From IMG/VR virus record IMGVR_UViG_2908567220_000009: 41,636 nucleotides of DNA. The stretch is one strand, 5' to 3'. The notes beneath the pieces were generated by a model that made no database searches, was not told where the DNA came from, and worked only from the letters and a program-made list of their open reading frames with translations. Shown piece by piece: positions 33,129 through 41,636 of the stretch. The position numbers and the translations under genes were made by a program. Numbering within the stretch: position 1 is the first letter of the stretch; the number at the start of each line of letters is the position of its first letter. Source of the DNA: a virus (Duplodnaviria; Heunggongvirae; Uroviricota; Caudoviricetes).

Positions 33129-36100
33129 ATGGCAGTAAAGATTTCAGGTGTACTGAAAGACGGTGCAGGTAAACCGGTACAGAACTGCACAATCCAGCTG
33201 AAAGCAAAACGTAACAGCACCACGGTGGTGGCGAACACGGTGGCCTCAGAAAATCCGGATGAAGCCGGGCGTTACAGCATGGACGTTGAGTACGGTCAGT
33301 ACAGCGTTATTCTGTTGGTGGAAGGCTTCCCGCCATCGCATGCCGGGACCATCACCGTGTATGAAGACTCACAACCGGGTACGCTGAATGATTTTCTCGG
33401 TGCCATGACGGAGGATGATGTCCGTCCGGAGGCACTGCGCCGCTTTGAACTGATGGTGGAAGAGGTGGCGCATAACGCGTCCGCAGTGGCACAGAACACG
33501 GCTGCCGCAAAGAAGTCAGCCAGCGATGCCGGCACATCTGCCCGTGAGGCGGCAACCCATGCAACCGATGCCGCAGGCTCAGCACGTGCAGCCAGCACGT
33601 CAGCCGGACAGGCCGCTTCGTCGGCTCAGTCAGCATCTTCCAGCGCAGGAACGGCATCAACAAAGGCCACTGAAGCATTAAAAAGTGCTGCCGCCGCAGA
33701 GTCTTCAAAAAGCGCGGCAGCCACCAGTGCCGGTGCGGCGAAAACGTCAGAAACGAATGCTGCAGCGTCACAAAAATCTGCAGCCACTTCTGCATCCACC
33801 GCGACCACGAAAGCGTCAGAAGCTGCCACCTCATCCCGGGATGCGGCGGCCTCAAAAGAGGCAGCGAAATCATCAGAAACGAACGCATCATCAAGTGCCA
33901 GTAGTGCAGCTTCCTCGGCAACGGCGGCAGGAAATTCCGCGAAGGCCGCAAAAACGTCTGAGACGAATGCGGATAACAGCGCACAGGCGGCAGCAGACTC
34001 ACAAACTGCATCGGCAAACTCCGCGACAGCAGCCAAAAAATCAGAAACCAACGCGAAAAATAGCGAGGCAGCAGCAAAGAGCAGCGAAACCAACGCTAAA
34101 GCCAGCGAAACTAATGCTAAATCCAGTGAAACAAACGCGGCGAAATCTGCAGCGGACGCACTTAATTATCGCAACCAGGCGCAAGGGATTGTAGGCACCA
34201 GCATCGGCCTCGGGGCATCACCGCGTGATTGTCCTGATATTTCCGGCAACCCATCAGGGTATATCGGATTTATGCGCATTATGAGTAATGCAAAAGGCTT
34301 TCCATCGATTGCATCCGGTGAAAGCAGTCTTACGGGGTTTATTAGTCAGGTAGATGGAACTCCAGCGTATACAGGTGTATTTCAGGGATGGGCTACGCGC
34401 TCGCTTTATACTTATCGCTGGAATCCGACAACAGGCCCGCAATGGACACGTCACGCTCGCAAAAATGAAGTGGACCGTCTTGACCAATGGAATAGCGAAA
34501 CATGGATATATAACCATGATAAATCCATGCGCCTGGGTTTAACCGGATCAACATGGGGGTGTTACAGCGACACACAAAAAAAATGGATACCGCTTGATGT
34601 TTCTCATGGTGGCACTGGCGCAAATAGCCTTGATGACGCCAAAACTAATTTGCAAATCCCTGAGGGTGGATTAACAAAAGCGATGACCCTTAATGCCCCT
34701 GGTGGTGCAGTGGATGGCAAATACTACCCTGTCATAATAGACACATCCGCAATGAATGGGAGCGGTGCCATGTTATGTCCTGTTGAAATAAAAACAGCAG
34801 GAGGTCCGGCATCAAATCCGCTTAATAGTAACTCATTTTTTGGGTTCATTCGATGTGGTGGCTGGAGTGACGTTCGCGATGTGGCTTACGGGTCATTTGT
34901 TTGCTATGAAAAAAATGAACTCGGGATACTTTGCATTAAAGCGTCGCAAAGAGATTATGCGCAGCATGTAGCTTTCTACATCCATAAAAGCGCTTTTCCT
35001 GTCGTTGTGCAAACTGGCTACAAGGCAAAAGTTAAGGTTCCAACAGAAGACTACGTAATTGGTGACAACGGGGTTAGATATAAGTTTGGTGTATCAACGT
35101 CAACGGAGGATAACGACAAGAACTTTGTTAAAAATGTTCTTGACTTCACTGGCGGTGAACATGGCTTCTACAGCAACCTTCCGTTCAGACAAGGGGTGTC
35201 AGAAAGGATTGCATTAACAAATGGCCTGAGTTTTGACAAAAATTTTACCGTCACTATTCCTATATTTGTAAACAATGGTCAGATTAAAGCAACACAATCT
35301 TTCACCGCGTACGGTACGGACGTTTCAAACAGAACATTTGTTTCTCAAAGATTACAATCCGAAGGAGGTCCGGTTGTCGATCAAACTGAACTAAGGGCCG
35401 CTAACGCTTCTGGTGAAATTGTTGTCAGGGACATAAATAATTCAGGGAACAGTAAGTTCTTTAATTTTAACCTTGATGGTACCTTCAGTTCTTATCAGGG
35501 ATTGGTTGTTCACACAGGGCAAAACTGGAGCACTCAACATACAGAGAATGTAAATAAGTTTAAGCCAATAGCAGGGAGCGCAGGTGGTCCTGACGGAACA
35601 ATGGTTGTTGGCGGATTCCATGCTCAATTTAGCGGTAATTACGTCACACAATTCGCCGGTCGCAACTCCAAATTTTGGGTAAGAAGCTTTGAGGCTGGGG
35701 TTGATAAGGGATGGAAACGACTATTAACAGTAGACGATCTTAATTCATCTACCGATCTTGCTGTCAGGTCATTAACCACATCTAACCCGGTAAAATCTGG
35801 CGGAGGGCGAATTGATGTCCTTGGAAGCACGTCAGACTATAGCAAAATGGATTGCTTTGTACGTGGGTTTGATAGCACCGGTAATTCTCTCGCGTGGGCG
35901 TTGGGTTCATCAGTCGGCGTAAGTAAGATGCTGTCGCTAAAAAATTTCTTTAGCGGAGCTGAGATACTGCTAAATGGTAATGACGGCGCGGTTCAACTCA
36001 AAACAGGTGCTGTTAACGGGGCTACAGCGCAGGCGCTCACTATCAACAGGAATGAGGTTAACTCAACCGTTGATTTAACCCTTACAAAGCAATCAGGGAC

Positions 36101-36731
36101 TGGTAATCGTTTTGTTTTACAGAACTCAGGTAATGCAGAACTACCGTTTTCTGTGAGGGTGTGGGGTTCCAGTACTCGACAAAACGTTTTTGAGGTTGGA
36201 ACGTCTGCTGCGTATCTGTTTTATGCGCAAAAAACGTCAGCAGGCCAGTTGTTTGATGTAAATGGCGCTATTAATTGCACAACGCTGAATCAGTCTTCAG
36301 ACCGCGACCTTAAAGACGATATTCTCGTTATCAGCGACGCGACGAAAGCAATCCGTAAAATGAACGGATACACCTACACGCTCAAGGAAAACGGGATGCC
36401 TTATGCTGGCGTTATTGCCCAGGAAGTAATGGAGGCGATACCAGAAGCTGTGGGATCGTTTACTCATTATGGTGAAGAGTTGCAGGGACCAACGGTTGAC
36501 GGCAATGAATTACGTGAAGAAACACGTTATCTGAATGTTGACTACGCCGCCGTGACTGGCTTACTTGTTCAGGTCGCCCGTGAAACAGATGATCGCGTTA
36601 CCGCGCTGGAAGAGGAAAACACAACGCTACGTCAAAATCTGGCAACAGCAGGCACCCGGATCAGCACTCTGGAAAATCAGGTAAGCGAACTGGTTGCACT
36701 TGTCCGGCAGTTAACAGGAAGCGAACATTGA
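33129..36731 (+). CDS. stf: side tail fibre protein (lambda Stf-like N-terminus, divergent distal domain, C-terminal intramolecular chaperone / S74-type domain)
   Basis: About 1200 aa. The N-terminus MAVKISGVLKDGAGKPVQNCTIQLKAKRNSTTV... and the Ala/Ser/Thr-rich KSSETNA-type repeats match lambda Stf. The distal part is AT-rich and unrelated. The C-terminus contains the SDRDLKDDI motif typical of self-cleaving intramolecular chaperone domains. Confidence 0.85.
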   Translation: MAVKISGVLKDGAGKPVQNCTIQLKAKRNSTTVVANTVASENPDEAGRYSMDVEYGQYSVILLVEGFPPSHAGTITVYEDSQPGTLNDFLGAMTEDDVRPEALRRFELMVEEVAHNASAVAQNTAAAKKSASDAGTSAREAATHATDAAGSARAASTSAGQAASSAQSASSSAGTASTKATEALKSAAAAESSKSAAATSAGAAKTSETNAAASQKSAATSASTATTKASEAATSSRDAAASKEAAKSSETNASSSASSAASSATAAGNSAKAAKTSETNADNSAQAAADSQTASANSATAAKKSETNAKNSEAAAKSSETNAKASETNAKSSETNAAKSAADALNYRNQAQGIVGTSIGLGASPRDCPDISGNPSGYIGFMRIMSNAKGFPSIASGESSLTGFISQVDGTPAYTGVFQGWATRSLYTYRWNPTTGPQWTRHARKNEVDRLDQWNSETWIYNHDKSMRLGLTGSTWGCYSDTQKKWIPLDVSHGGTGANSLDDAKTNLQIPEGGLTKAMTLNAPGGAVDGKYYPVIIDTSAMNGSGAMLCPVEIKTAGGPASNPLNSNSFFGFIRCGGWSDVRDVAYGSFVCYEKNELGILCIKASQRDYAQHVAFYIHKSAFPVVVQTGYKAKVKVPTEDYVIGDNGVRYKFGVSTSTEDNDKNFVKNVLDFTGGEHGFYSNLPFRQGVSERIALTNGLSFDKNFTVTIPIFVNNGQIKATQSFTAYGTDVSNRTFVSQRLQSEGGPVVDQTELRAANASGEIVVRDINNSGNSKFFNFNLDGTFSSYQGLVVHTGQNWSTQHTENVNKFKPIAGSAGGPDGTMVVGGFHAQFSGNYVTQFAGRNSKFWVRSFEAGVDKGWKRLLTVDDLNSSTDLAVRSLTTSNPVKSGGGRIDVLGSTSDYSKMDCFVRGFDSTGNSLAWALGSSVGVSKMLSLKNFFSGAEILLNGNDGAVQLKTGAVNGATAQALTINRNEVNSTVDLTLTKQSGTGNRFVLQNSGNAELPFSVRVWGSSTRQNVFEVGTSAAYLFYAQKTSAGQLFDVNGAINCTTLNQSSDRDLKDDILVISDATKAIRKMNGYTYTLKENGMPYAGVIAQEVMEAIPEAVGSFTHYGEELQGPTVDGNELREETRYLNVDYAAVTGLLVQVARETDDRVTALEEENTTLRQNLATAGTRISTLENQVSELVALVRQLTGSEH

Positions 36732-36734
36732 TAT

Positions 36735-36906
36735 CCTTCAAGCCCTGAAGGAGGCTGTTCCCGGTACGTTCAGACTGTTGTTGAGCTGGAGATCGCAACG
36801 GAGGAAGAGAAAGCGTTACTGGCCGCATGGAAAAAGTATCGGGTGTTGCTGAACCGTGTTGATACGTCAACTGCACAGGATATTGAATGGCCAGCACTGC
36901 CGTAGG
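36735..36906 (+). pseudogene. tfa: tail fibre assembly protein (tfa) 3' remnant
   Basis: Frame encodes ...[41 protein letters not shown], matching the conserved C-terminus of lambda-type Tfa. There is no start codon and an in-frame stop lies immediately upstream. Confidence 0.75.
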
Positions 36907-37002
36907 GTAAAACATATAAATTCTATAATTAGATGTATCTTTCCATTTACGGCAAGGAAGGGGGCTTGGAAGACGTAAAGCATCTCACACCGAGATTATT
37001 TT

Positions 37003-37593
37003 TTATATGTCAGGTGTCTGAAGTTTTGCTTTGGCTCTTAAAATGGTTTGCCGCGAGGTTATGAATTCCCGGGCAATGGCACTTATACTTACACCTGACT
37101 TAATTCGTTCGAATACCACCTGTTTCTGTTCTTTATTTAACACAGGTGGTCGACCAAAACGTTTCCCTGCGCCGCGGGCTCTTACTATCCCGGAATGAGT
37201 GCGTTCAAGTAAAAGGTCTCGTTCAAATTCAGCGACTGCTGAAATTACTTGCATCATCATTTTTCCTGTTGGACTGGTCAGGTCAATGCCCCCCAATGCT
37301 AAGCAATGCACTCTGATACCTGTTTCGGTCAGTTGTTCCACTGTTTTCCTGATATCCATTGCATTACAACCAAGGCGATCCAGTTTTGTCACAATCAATT
37401 GATCACCACATTTCAGGCGAGCAAGCAACCGGTTAAAACCAGGACGCTCACTGGTTGCTGCTGAGCCGCTAATGTGTTCTTCGATTATTTGCTGAGGTTT
37501 GATTTTAAAACCTGCACTTTCGATTTCCCGGCGTTGATTTTCGGTGGTCTGATCCAGCGTTGATATCCGACAGTAAGCAAAAATTCGAGACAT
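37003..37593 (-). CDS. pinQ: serine recombinase (Pin-type invertase/resolvase family)
   Basis: 196 aa [29 protein letters not shown]... with the catalytic Ser in the RISTLDQ motif and a C-terminal HTH; located after stf/tfa as pinQ/pinR are in Qin/Rac. Q versus R symbol not resolved. Confidence 0.8.
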   Translation of the reverse strand: MSRIFAYCRISTLDQTTENQRREIESAGFKIKPQQIIEEHISGSAATSERPGFNRLLARLKCGDQLIVTKLDRLGCNAMDIRKTVEQLTETGIRVHCLALGGIDLTSPTGKMMMQVISAVAEFERDLLLERTHSGIVRARGAGKRFGRPPVLNKEQKQVVFERIKSGVSISAIAREFITSRQTILRAKAKLQTPDI

Positions 37594-37909
37594 AGTGAGA
37601 CTCTATACGAAATTGGTGTTCATATCATAATGCATCTCAGAAAATAATTTTGATTATTTTTGTGCATATTTGTATGTACACGTTCGAAAATAAACGAATG
37701 CGTATGCAACCCCGTAATTTTGGTGAGACCCAAAATCGATTTTGTGAAAAATGGCTTTAACTCGGTTTGTTTTTCGAGTTCCGGGCGGACTCAAGGAAGA
37801 AGAATAGTGTTGCGTGTTATTTTAACCAGATTTCAAGTTGTTTGGTCGTGGAAAAGTGGAGCAAAATGTTGTTAAAGTGGAAAAATGATAAAAAAGTAAG
37901 TTTATTATA

Positions 37910-38176
37910 TTACATTTTACCATTTAAATTTTGGTTGTCTTTAAGAACTGATATCGCTGTTTGTAATAATTCTTTGTTATCCAGCCATGATTTTTTCTTT
38001 ATGTTTCCTTCAATGTAATCAAGCAATGTTCTGGTATTGATAGGTCTTCCCTGTTTTGCTACTTCCACTACAGCATCCCCTAGGATAATTCTTACTTCAG
38101 GAAGCTGCGCAGGAAACCACTTTAGGGTGTCTTTTGATTTCATGAAGATATTCCTTAAAATATTATTGATTTTCAT
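37910..38176 (-). CDS. ydfK: YdfK/YnaE-family small prophage protein
   Basis: ORF ending ...MKSKDTLKWFPAQLPEVRIILGDAVVEVAKQGRPINTRTLLDYIEGNIKKK...; terminal gene of Qin/Rac-type prophages. Likely true start at 38143 (MKSKD); the region is AT-rich. Confidence 0.7.
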   Translation of the reverse strand: MKINNILRNIFMKSKDTLKWFPAQLPEVRIILGDAVVEVAKQGRPINTRTLLDYIEGNIKKKSWLDNKELLQTAISVLKDNQNLNGKM

Positions 38177-38687
38177 TGCGATATTGTATGTCTGATTCAG
38201 GATATGTTGACTTATACATCGGTTTTGTCCGGGTTATTGGATATGCCAATCCCTAATTTTATTAGGGCATGACTAAAAATGCTGAATATGATAAGGAGAG
38301 AAGTGATTATCAGTATGCTGTTCATATAGCCTCGAATTAGTAATGTGTTATATATGATATAGTTGACAATTTTTATCTTGGGTGTTCTTAAAGTTCGTAG
38401 ATAAACATTGTCGTTTCAGGTATACAGGAATGCTAACAGGTGGCAGCAAAAATCAGGCGGTTTATGGCGCAAGCTGAAGCGGCAACTGCAAACACTATTT
38501 TATGCAGAGACTCTACACGGATTGGGTTTAAAAGTATACATAGATAACAGTTTTTATCTGAAAAAGAAAAATATCAAGGTGATATAGCCTATATGCCTTT
38601 GATGCGGAGGAATGAATGTGATGGGAGTGATGGGTGATGCTGCCAACTTACTGATTTAGTGTATGATGGTGTTTTTGAGGTGCTCCA

Positions 38688-38963
38688 GTGGCTTCTGTTT
38701 CTATCAGCTGTCCCTCCTGTTCAGCTACTGACGGGGTGGTGCGTAACGGCAAAAGCACCGCCGGACATCAGCGCTATCTCTGCTCTCACTGCCGTAAAAC
38801 ATGGCAACTGCAGTTCACTTACACCGCTTCTCAACCCGGTACGCACCAGAAAATCATTGATATGGCCATGAATGGCGTTGGATGCCGGGCAACTGCCCGC
38901 ATTATGGGCGTTGGCCTCAACACGATTTTACGTCACTTAAAAAACTCAGGCCGCAGTCGGTAA
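38688..38963 (+). CDS. insA: IS1 InsA
   Basis: Identical protein to the copy A InsA. Confidence 0.95.
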
Positions 38964-39385
38964 CCTCGCGCATACAGCCGGGCAGTGACGTCATCGTCTG
39001 CGCGGAAATGGACGAACAGTGGGGCTATGTCGGGGCTAAATCGCGCCAGCGCTGGCTGTTTTACGCGTATGACAGTCTCCGGAAGACGGTTGTTGCGCAC
39101 GTATTCGGTGAACGCACTATGGCGACGCTGGGGCGTCTTATGAGCCTGCTGTCACCCTTTGACGTGGTGATATGGATGACGGATGGCTGGCCGCTGTATG
39201 AATCCCGCCTGAAGGGAAAGCTGCACGTAATCAGCAAGCGATATACGCAGCGAATTGAGCGGCATAACCTGAATCTGAGGCAGCACCTGGCACGGCTGGG
39301 ACGGAAGTCGCTGTCGTTTTCAAAATCGGTGGAGCTGCATGACAAAGTCATCGGGCATTATCTGAACATAAAACACTATCAATAA
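38882..39385 (+). CDS. insB: IS1 InsB frame
   Basis: 167 aa; one substitution relative to copy A (S versus P at residue 26). Confidence 0.9.
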
Positions 39386-39400
39386 GTTGGAGTCATTACC

Positions 39401-40824
39401 CTGTTTATGATCGTAATAACCTGACCCCAAGAATTGTTCATTTAGGCTTTGGTGCATTTCACCGTGCGCATCAGGGCGTGTATGCCGATATTCTTGCTAC
39501 GGAACATTTCAGTGACTGGGGATATTATGAGGTCAACTTAATCGGCGGCGAACAGCAAATTGCCGATTTACAACAGCAAGATAATCTTTATACCGTTGCG
39601 GAAATGTCGGCCGACGCGTGGACGGCTCGCGTCGTTGGCGTCGTTAAAAAAGCCTTGCACGTACAAATAGATGGCTTAGAAACCGTGCTGGCTGCGATGT
39701 GTGAACCGCAAATTGCGATTGTCTCTCTGACAATCACCGAAAAAGGGTATTTCCACTCTCCGGCGACCGGACAGTTAATGCTCGATCACCCGATGGTCGC
39801 TGCCGACGTGCAAAATCCCCACCAGCCGAAAACAGCAACAGGGGTGATTGTTGAGGCGCTGGCTCGCCGTAAAGCGGCAGGACTTCCCGCATTTACCGTC
39901 ATGTCATGTGACAACATGCCAGAAAACGGTCATGTTATGCGTGACGTTGTCACTTCCTACGCGCAAGCCGTTGATGTAAAACTGGCACAATGGATCGAAG
40001 ATAACGTGACTTTCCCATCAACAATGGTGGACCGTATTGTGCCCGCAGTGACAGAGGATACGCTGGCGAAAATCGAACAACTTACCGGTGTGCGCGATCC
40101 TGCGGGCGTTGCCTGTGAACCTTTCCGCCAGTGGGTAATAGAAGATAACTTTGTTGCCGGACGTCCGGAATGGGAAAAAGCGGGAGCCGAACTGGTTAGC
40201 GATGTGCTGCCTTATGAAGAGATGAAGTTGCGCATGCTCAACGGCAGTCATTCATTCCTGGCGTATTTGGGTTATCTTGCGGGATATCAGCACATTAATG
40301 ACTGCATGGAAGATGAACATTATCGTTATGCGGCGTATGGCTTGATGTTGCAGGAACAAGCGCCGACGCTGAAAGTGCATGGCGTTGATTTGCAAGATTA
40401 CGCTAACCGATTAATTGAACGCTATAGCAACCCGGCGTTACGCCATCGAACCTGGCAGATTGCGATGGATGGCAGCCAGAAATTGCCACAGCGGATGTTG
40501 GATTCTGTTCGCTGGCATCTGGCGCATGACAGCAAGTTCGAGCTGCTGGCACTGGGCGTCGCGGGTTGGATGCGTTATGTCGGTGGTGTTGATGAACAGG
40601 GAAATCCGATTGAAATCAGTGACCCACTGTTACCTGTTATTCAGAAGGCTGTACAAAGTAGTGCCGAAGGGAAAGCGCGCGTCCAGTCATTGCTGGCGAT
40701 TAAGGCGATTTTTGGTGATGATTTGCCAGATAATAGCTTGTTTACTGCAAAAGTGACGGAAGCGTACTTGTCTTTATTAGCGCATGGTGCGAAAGCGACC
40801 GTGGCGAAATATTCCGTGAATTAA
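39401..40824 (+). pseudogene. ydfI: mannitol-dehydrogenase-family oxidoreductase (YdfI/UxuB-like), 5'-truncated by IS1
   Basis: The reading frame is open from the IS1 boundary; it encodes ...[15 protein letters not shown] (Rossmann GxGxxH motif) ...[11 protein letters not shown]...[12 protein letters not shown]..., typical of fructuronate/mannonate reductases. About 12 N-terminal codons and the promoter are missing. Confidence 0.8.
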
Positions 40825-40830
40825 AAAAGC

Positions 40831-40851
40831 AATGCCGCCATCGGCGGCATT
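40831..40851 (-). terminator. terminator between convergent ydfI and ydfZ
   Basis: AATGCCGCC-ATC-GGCGGCATT hairpin preceded by AAAAAA on the plus strand, which is a T-run for the minus-strand ydfZ transcript. Confidence 0.65.
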
Positions 40852-40858
40852 CACACGC

Positions 40859-41062
40859 TTAGTTCATGCCGAGACGAATCAGGTCCAGAGGTGCCAGTTT
40901 CTCTTCACAACCTTCAACAACTACGGTTTTTCCGCGGCGGATTTGCTCAGCGGTCAGACCTTCAGTATCAATCGACAGGATCTTGCCAGTGTGACCGGTG
41001 CCGCTAACCATAACACGGCTGCCAGTGGTGATTGCGTTACGGTTACGATCGTAGGTCGTCAT
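40859..41062 (-). CDS. ydfZ: small conserved protein YdfZ
   Basis: 67 aa [67 protein letters not shown]; chromosomal neighbour of ydfI in E. coli. Confidence 0.8.
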
Positions 41063-41244
41063 AGGTGTTTTCTCCTTTCTGATTTACAGTCGAAGCCCAC
41101 GTAACGGGCGCAATATAAATACTCCTGTCGAGTGAAATATTTTTTGTTTTTGATCAAGCTCACATCTTTTTTGATGCATGCATGAGCCATAAGGCGGGCG
41201 AAAGACTCTCACCCCGGATGGGATGAGAGGAAATGAATTACTCG

Positions 41245-41636
41245 GTAATGACTCCAACTTATTGATAGTGTTTTATGTTCAGATAATGCCCGATGACTTT
41301 GTCATGCAGCTCCACCGATTTTGAGAACGACAGCGACTTCCGTCCCAGCCGTGCCAGGTGCTGCCTCAGATTCAGGTTATGCCGCTCAATTCGCTGCGTA
41401 TATCGCTTGCTGATTACGTGCAGCTTTCCCTTCAGGCGGGATTCATACAGCGGCCAGCCATCCGTCATCCATATCACCACGTCAAAGGGTGACAGCAGGC
41501 TCATAAGACGCCCCAGCGTCGCCATAGTGCGTTCACCGAATACGTGCGCAACAACCGTCTTCCGGAGACTGTCATACGCGTAAAACAGCCAGCGCTGGCG
41601 CGATTTAGCCCCGACATAGCCCCACTGTTCGTCCAT
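41245..41636 (-). mobile_element. IS1, copy C (inverted, partial: continues beyond window end)
   Basis: Starts with the reverse complement of the IS1 right end (GGTAATGACTCCAACTTATTGATAGTG) and contains the insB 3' part on the minus strand. Confidence 0.9.
41259..41636 (-). CDS. insB: IS1 InsB frame (partial, runs off window)
   Basis: 125-aa C-terminal part [26 protein letters not shown]...HYLNIKHYQ. Confidence 0.85.
   Translation of the reverse strand: MDEQWGYVGAKSRQRWLFYAYDSLRKTVVAHVFGERTMATLGRLMSLLSPFDVVIWMTDGWPLYESRLKGKLHVISKRYTQRIERHNLNLRQHLARLGRKSLSFSKSVELHDKVIGHYLNIKHYQ

Larger units (their letters stand above)
38633..39400 (+). mobile_element. IS1 (complete, 768 bp), copy B
   Basis: Same termini as copy A, same orientation; at least two nucleotide differences from copy A (for example 38951 T versus 4385 C). 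Flanking 9-mers differ, so no TSD. Confidence 0.95.

Noticed and set aside
33352-34194. Several long ORFs (100-240 aa) on both strands across the stf 5' region
   Set aside because: They arise from the Ala/Ser/Thr-rich repeat region of stf, where repetitive GC-rich codons keep alternative frames open; their products are low-complexity Pro/Arg/Leu- or Ala/Asp/Phe-rich strings.
38177-38632. Search for the prophage attR core or a ydfJ remnant between ydfK and IS1 copy B
   Set aside because: There is no ORF of 60 codons or more and no recognisable repeat of sequence near the int end, since the int-side attachment site lies outside the window; it cannot be assigned without the other prophage boundary.

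Overview
This window is a defective, IS-riddled Qin-like lambdoid prophage of Escherichia coli/Shigella, with its chromosomal right flank. Reading left to right: integrase, excisionase and a RecE-like exonuclease (all minus strand); an IS1 that replaces the whole immunity/replication/Q region; cspB; a phage-21-type lysis cassette (pinholin essQ, ydfR, SAR endolysin rrrQ, Rz/Rz1); the cold-shock moron cluster cspI-ynfN-gnsB-ydfO; an IS2 that itself carries a 2704-bp IS66-family insertion; a lambda-like cos site; then a near-complete lambda-type morphogenesis module (nohA/Nu1, frameshifted GpA terminase, W, portal, protease-capsid fusion, FII, Z, U, V, G/T, H, M, L, K, I, J, lom, stf); a tfa stub; pin recombinase; ydfK; a second IS1; 5'-truncated ydfI; ydfZ; and a third, inverted IS1 running off the window end. 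I found no CRISPR array, tRNA or rRNA, and no convincing candidate for a novel defence system. The most unusual content is mosaicism and IS-driven decay: a chimeric side tail fibre with a C-terminal intramolecular-chaperone domain next to a vestigial tfa, a RecE-like protein with a DnaQ-type nuclease domain, nested IS elements, and a terminase frameshift. All calls rest on reading the translations and remembered family features; no database search was run, and K-12 gene symbols are from memory.
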